A DNA stretch of 63,976 bases, the filler included, from Aduncisulcus paluster (taxonomy: Eukaryota), in the NCBI GenBank assembly GCA_024181965.1. It is 12 parts of 12 records of this genome, joined end to end, with 100 filler letters (N's around TTAATTAATTAA, not from the genome) between each part and the next. Parts side by side here need not be neighbours in the genome. Positions count along the whole stretch, not along the records: positions 59,916 to 62,540 come from BQXS01012377.1; positions 62,641 to 63,976 come from BQXS01012382.1; 10 more parts are not named here. One strand, 5' to 3'. The stretch's first letter is position 1, and every line of letters begins with the position of its first letter. Shown one piece after another: positions 61,151 to 63,976 of this stretch. The notes beneath the pieces are model-generated. The model was not told the origin of the DNA and made no database searches. It saw only the letters and a program-made list of their open reading frames with translations. The translations under genes were made by a program, and so were the position numbers.

Positions 61151-61411
61151 GTCAAAAAAGAGTTTTAAATTGATTGTTGCGGAAATACTGCCTAAAATAA
61201 AAAATAAATCTGGATTATCGATATTAATGCATTATAATAAATTATTTATTATATTATTTTGACTTGAAATTAAGTATTCTCATCGTAAAAAAAGTTCTTC
61301 ATTTTCTACATTGATCAGTATTGTGAGAAAACGAATTAATAATAAAAAAGAAAGTAGTAACAAAATTAATGCATAATTTAACATTTATTCATTCATAGAT
61401 TCAAATAAAAC

Positions 61412-62540
61412 ATGATCCCGATTCCAATCACCGTTTTTGCCGCCGATCCATACTCTTCGCATGTGTAAGTACTGGCAAAAAGGCTAACGTGTACCACAGT
61501 ACTGATGGTAAGCATAAACCACTTTCTGCTGATGTTGAAGCCATTAAAATTTCTAAAAACAAAGAAAACATAGCCTACTTCTCATCATCCTCTTCAAAAG
61601 CGCCAATAGACTCCTCCACCGTGAGTGAATATGCTGTAAAAGTGTATAAGACGAGTATCATGCAGTTTCGAGATCGTGAACAACGTTTTGAAAAAGGATA
61701 CAAAAAAAACATAATTCCAAGAAAATGGGTCCAATTATGGTGTGAATAAGAAGCTAGAAACTTAATGAGACTTTATAAGCTCCGGAGAAGAGGAAGAAGA
61801 AAGAAAAGAGAAAGAGAAAATAGCAATAGAAAAAGGAGAGAAAAGAGAGAAAAAAGGAACAAAGGGGAAGAAACCACGTTATGGTGTGAAAGAAAGAGAT
61901 TCCTTGTCTCCAATCTCACACAGATCTCTTATTATTCCATCTCTTGCAACCCTTGAATCGCGATCTTGTTCTATCTTAGCATCTGAACGTGCAGAAGAGT
62001 ATGAGTTCGTCCCAGGTTTCCCTACCATCCCCCCTTTTCCCATGGGTGTCCAATGTATTCCAAAAGCTCCCAAGAAGTTATTTCTCCACCCCAATCCTTT
62101 GATTCGTTGGACTGCTGCAATGAGAGTGTGGGTCGAGCAGCTATCAAAATTATACAAGGAAAAGAAAGAAGAAGAGAGAGAGGAGAAAGAAGAGAGAGAG
62201 AGGAGAAAGAAGAGAGAGAGGAGAGAAAGGAAGATGATGTTTTGATATCGAAAGTATATAGATATTCCACCGAAAGAGCTGAAGAGGAAGATGTCGACTT
62301 TTTCTTGCACTCACATATTCCACGATCTCTAACAGAGTATGGAGAAAAAATATTCCAACTCCCTTCGGACATTTATATGAATTTGGTGCATTTAGTTGAA
62401 GATCGAAAGGAGAAAGAAGAGGAAGAGAAAGAGGAAAGTGAGAAGGTGGAAGAAGAGGAAGAGGAAGAGGAGGAAGAGGAGGAAGAGGAAGGTGCTATAA
62501 CAATCAGTAGGAAAGATATGAGCAAAGAAGAGTGGAAAGA
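61412..62540 (+). CDS. Hypothetical protein, spliced, 3'-partial, with an apparent frameshift in an AG repeat
   Basis: 35-nt intron 61465-61499 (GTAAGT...GCTAAC...CACAG, phase 2); probable second intron about 61740-61779; +2 slip near 62190-62200. Confidence 0.55.
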
Positions 62541-62828
62541 NNNNNNNNNNNNNNNNNNNNNNNNNNNNNNNNNNNNNNNNNNNNTTAATTAATTAANNNN
62601 NNNNNNNNNNNNNNNNNNNNNNNNNNNNNNNNNNNNNNNNGAAAAGTAATCTCTCTACTCAGAATGTAAACAAACTGAACAAAGAGAAGATTTTCTAAAA
62701 GCAAAAATAGACTCTATGATTTTCCACAGTATTTCGTTTTCATTAGATGATTGAATAGTTGGATTTAAGGATAAGCTAATAAATTAACTAAGATCCCATG
62801 GCCACAAAAGATTTTGTGATTTTTCAAC

Positions 62829-62986
62829 CAGACTCTGAAACAAAGATGCTCGCAAGCCCCCGAGGAGACTCACGGCAGAAATACGTTCGAGAACACGATG
62901 ACTCACGCTTTGCATATCGCATCACCTTTCGCGTTGTGCTGCGCTCTTCATCGATGTGTGAGCCGAGACATCCACCGCTATGACTT
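62829..62986 (-). rRNA. 5.8S ribosomal RNA
   Basis: Minus strand reads AGCGGTGGATGTCTCGGCTC...CATCGATGAAGAGCGCAGC...GATATGCA...GAGTCATCG...TCGAACG...GC-rich hairpin...GTTTCAGAGTC, colinear with the conserved eukaryotic 5.8S motifs; ends approximate. Confidence 0.92.
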
Positions 62987-63217
62987 ATAAAAAGTTATAG
63001 TATAATAAGTGAAAATATCTCAGATATAATTACTTGTTTTGTGTTAGGTTTACTGAAGCAAACTTAAACATAATTTTTCCTCTTATTTAAGATAAAACCC
63101 CAGAGAAAATATAAAAGGGCTACGCATTATAAATGCTTTAAAATTCAGCTGAACTTCATATTGCTACAAAGCTCATACAACATGTTTTATGTGGAGGATT
63201 TTGATTTAAAATTCTCA

Positions 63218-63976
63218 TATAGTACAGTATAGTACAGTATAGTATAGTATAGTATAGTATAGTACAGTATAGTATAGTATAGTATAGTACAGTATAGTAT
63301 AGTACAGTATAGTACAGTACAGTATAGTATAGTACAGTATAGTACAGTATAGTACAGTATAGTACAGTATAGTACAGTATAGTATATAGTAGTACAGTAT
63401 AGTATATAGTAGTACAGTATAGTATAGTATAGTACAGTATAGTACAGTATAGTACAGTATAGTACAGTATAGTATAGTATAGTACTAGTATAGTATAGTA
63501 CAGTATAGTATAGTACAGTATAGTATAGTATAGTACAGTATAGTACAGTATAGTATATAGTAGTACAGTATAGTATATAGTAGTACAGTATAGTATAGTA
63601 TAGTACAGTATAGTACAGTATAGTACAGTATAGTACAGTATAGTATAGTATAGTACAGTATAGTACAGTATAGTACAGTATAGTACAGTATAGTACAGTA
63701 TAGTATAGTACAGTATAGTACAGTATAGTACAGTACAGTAGTATAGTACAGTATAGTACAGTATAGTACAGTATAGTACAGTATAGTACAGTATAGTATA
63801 GTATAGTACAGTATAGTAAGTACAGTATAGTATAGTATAGTACAGTATAGTACAGTATAGTACAGTATAGTACAGTATAGTATAGTACAGTATAGTATAG
63901 TATAGTACAGTATAGTACAGTATAGTATAGTATAGTATAGTATAGTACAGTATAGTACAGTATAGTACAGTACAGT
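63218..63976. repeat. Pentamer satellite (TAGTA/CAGTA)n, at least 750 bp, runs off the window
   Basis: Mixed TAGTA and CAGTA units with rare 3-nt and 6-nt variants. Confidence 0.97.

Noticed and set aside
61747..61749. TAA/TAG reassigned to Gln as in hexamitid diplomonads
   Set aside because: Conserved genes here end at TAA, TAG and TGA and have no in-frame TAR codons; an intron explains this stop
62798..62983. 61-aa ORF MATKDF...
   Set aside because: It is the antisense of the 5.8S rRNA
63218..63976. Canonical telomeric repeat
   Set aside because: No G-run strand; unlike TTAGGG or TAGGG; a terminal position cannot be shown from this window

Overview
Eukaryotic DNA from a gene-dense, intron-poor, flagellated anaerobic protist. 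It is most consistent with a free-living fornicate (Carpediemonas-like organism such as Aduncisulcus); this is an inference from gene content and sequence style, not a database result. The window is not one locus: it is 12 unrelated scaffolds joined by artificial 100-nt N44-TTAATTAATTAA-N44 linkers, and six internal 20-N gaps have unmerged duplicated flanks that create false internal protein duplications. The standard genetic code is used. Recognisable genes: bacterial-type SF2 (ResIII/Irc3-like) helicase, acetate:succinate/4-hydroxybutyrate CoA-transferase with a possible organellar presequence, MATE transporter, GhrA-like 2-hydroxyacid dehydrogenase, lipin, TMEM62-like metallophosphoesterase, PARG (partial), a P4-ATPase split over two scaffolds, site-2 protease, two Rabs, acyltransferase-3, WDR92 and a 5.8S rRNA. 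Short spliceosomal introns (35-105 nt) let several genes fragmented in the ORF track be rebuilt. Mobile DNA includes a hAT transposase, a Harbinger-like end, RLE non-LTR remnants, Gag fragments with a candidate 78-bp LTR, a DIRS-like fragment and a tRNA-derived element. The best leads are a tandem pair of REC114/PHS1-like meiotic genes, the mini-LTR element with no tRNA primer site, a multi-hairpin candidate ncRNA, a 16-nt micro-exon in S2P, and a 5.8S gene next to a pentamer satellite. None is confirmed without searches or RNA data.
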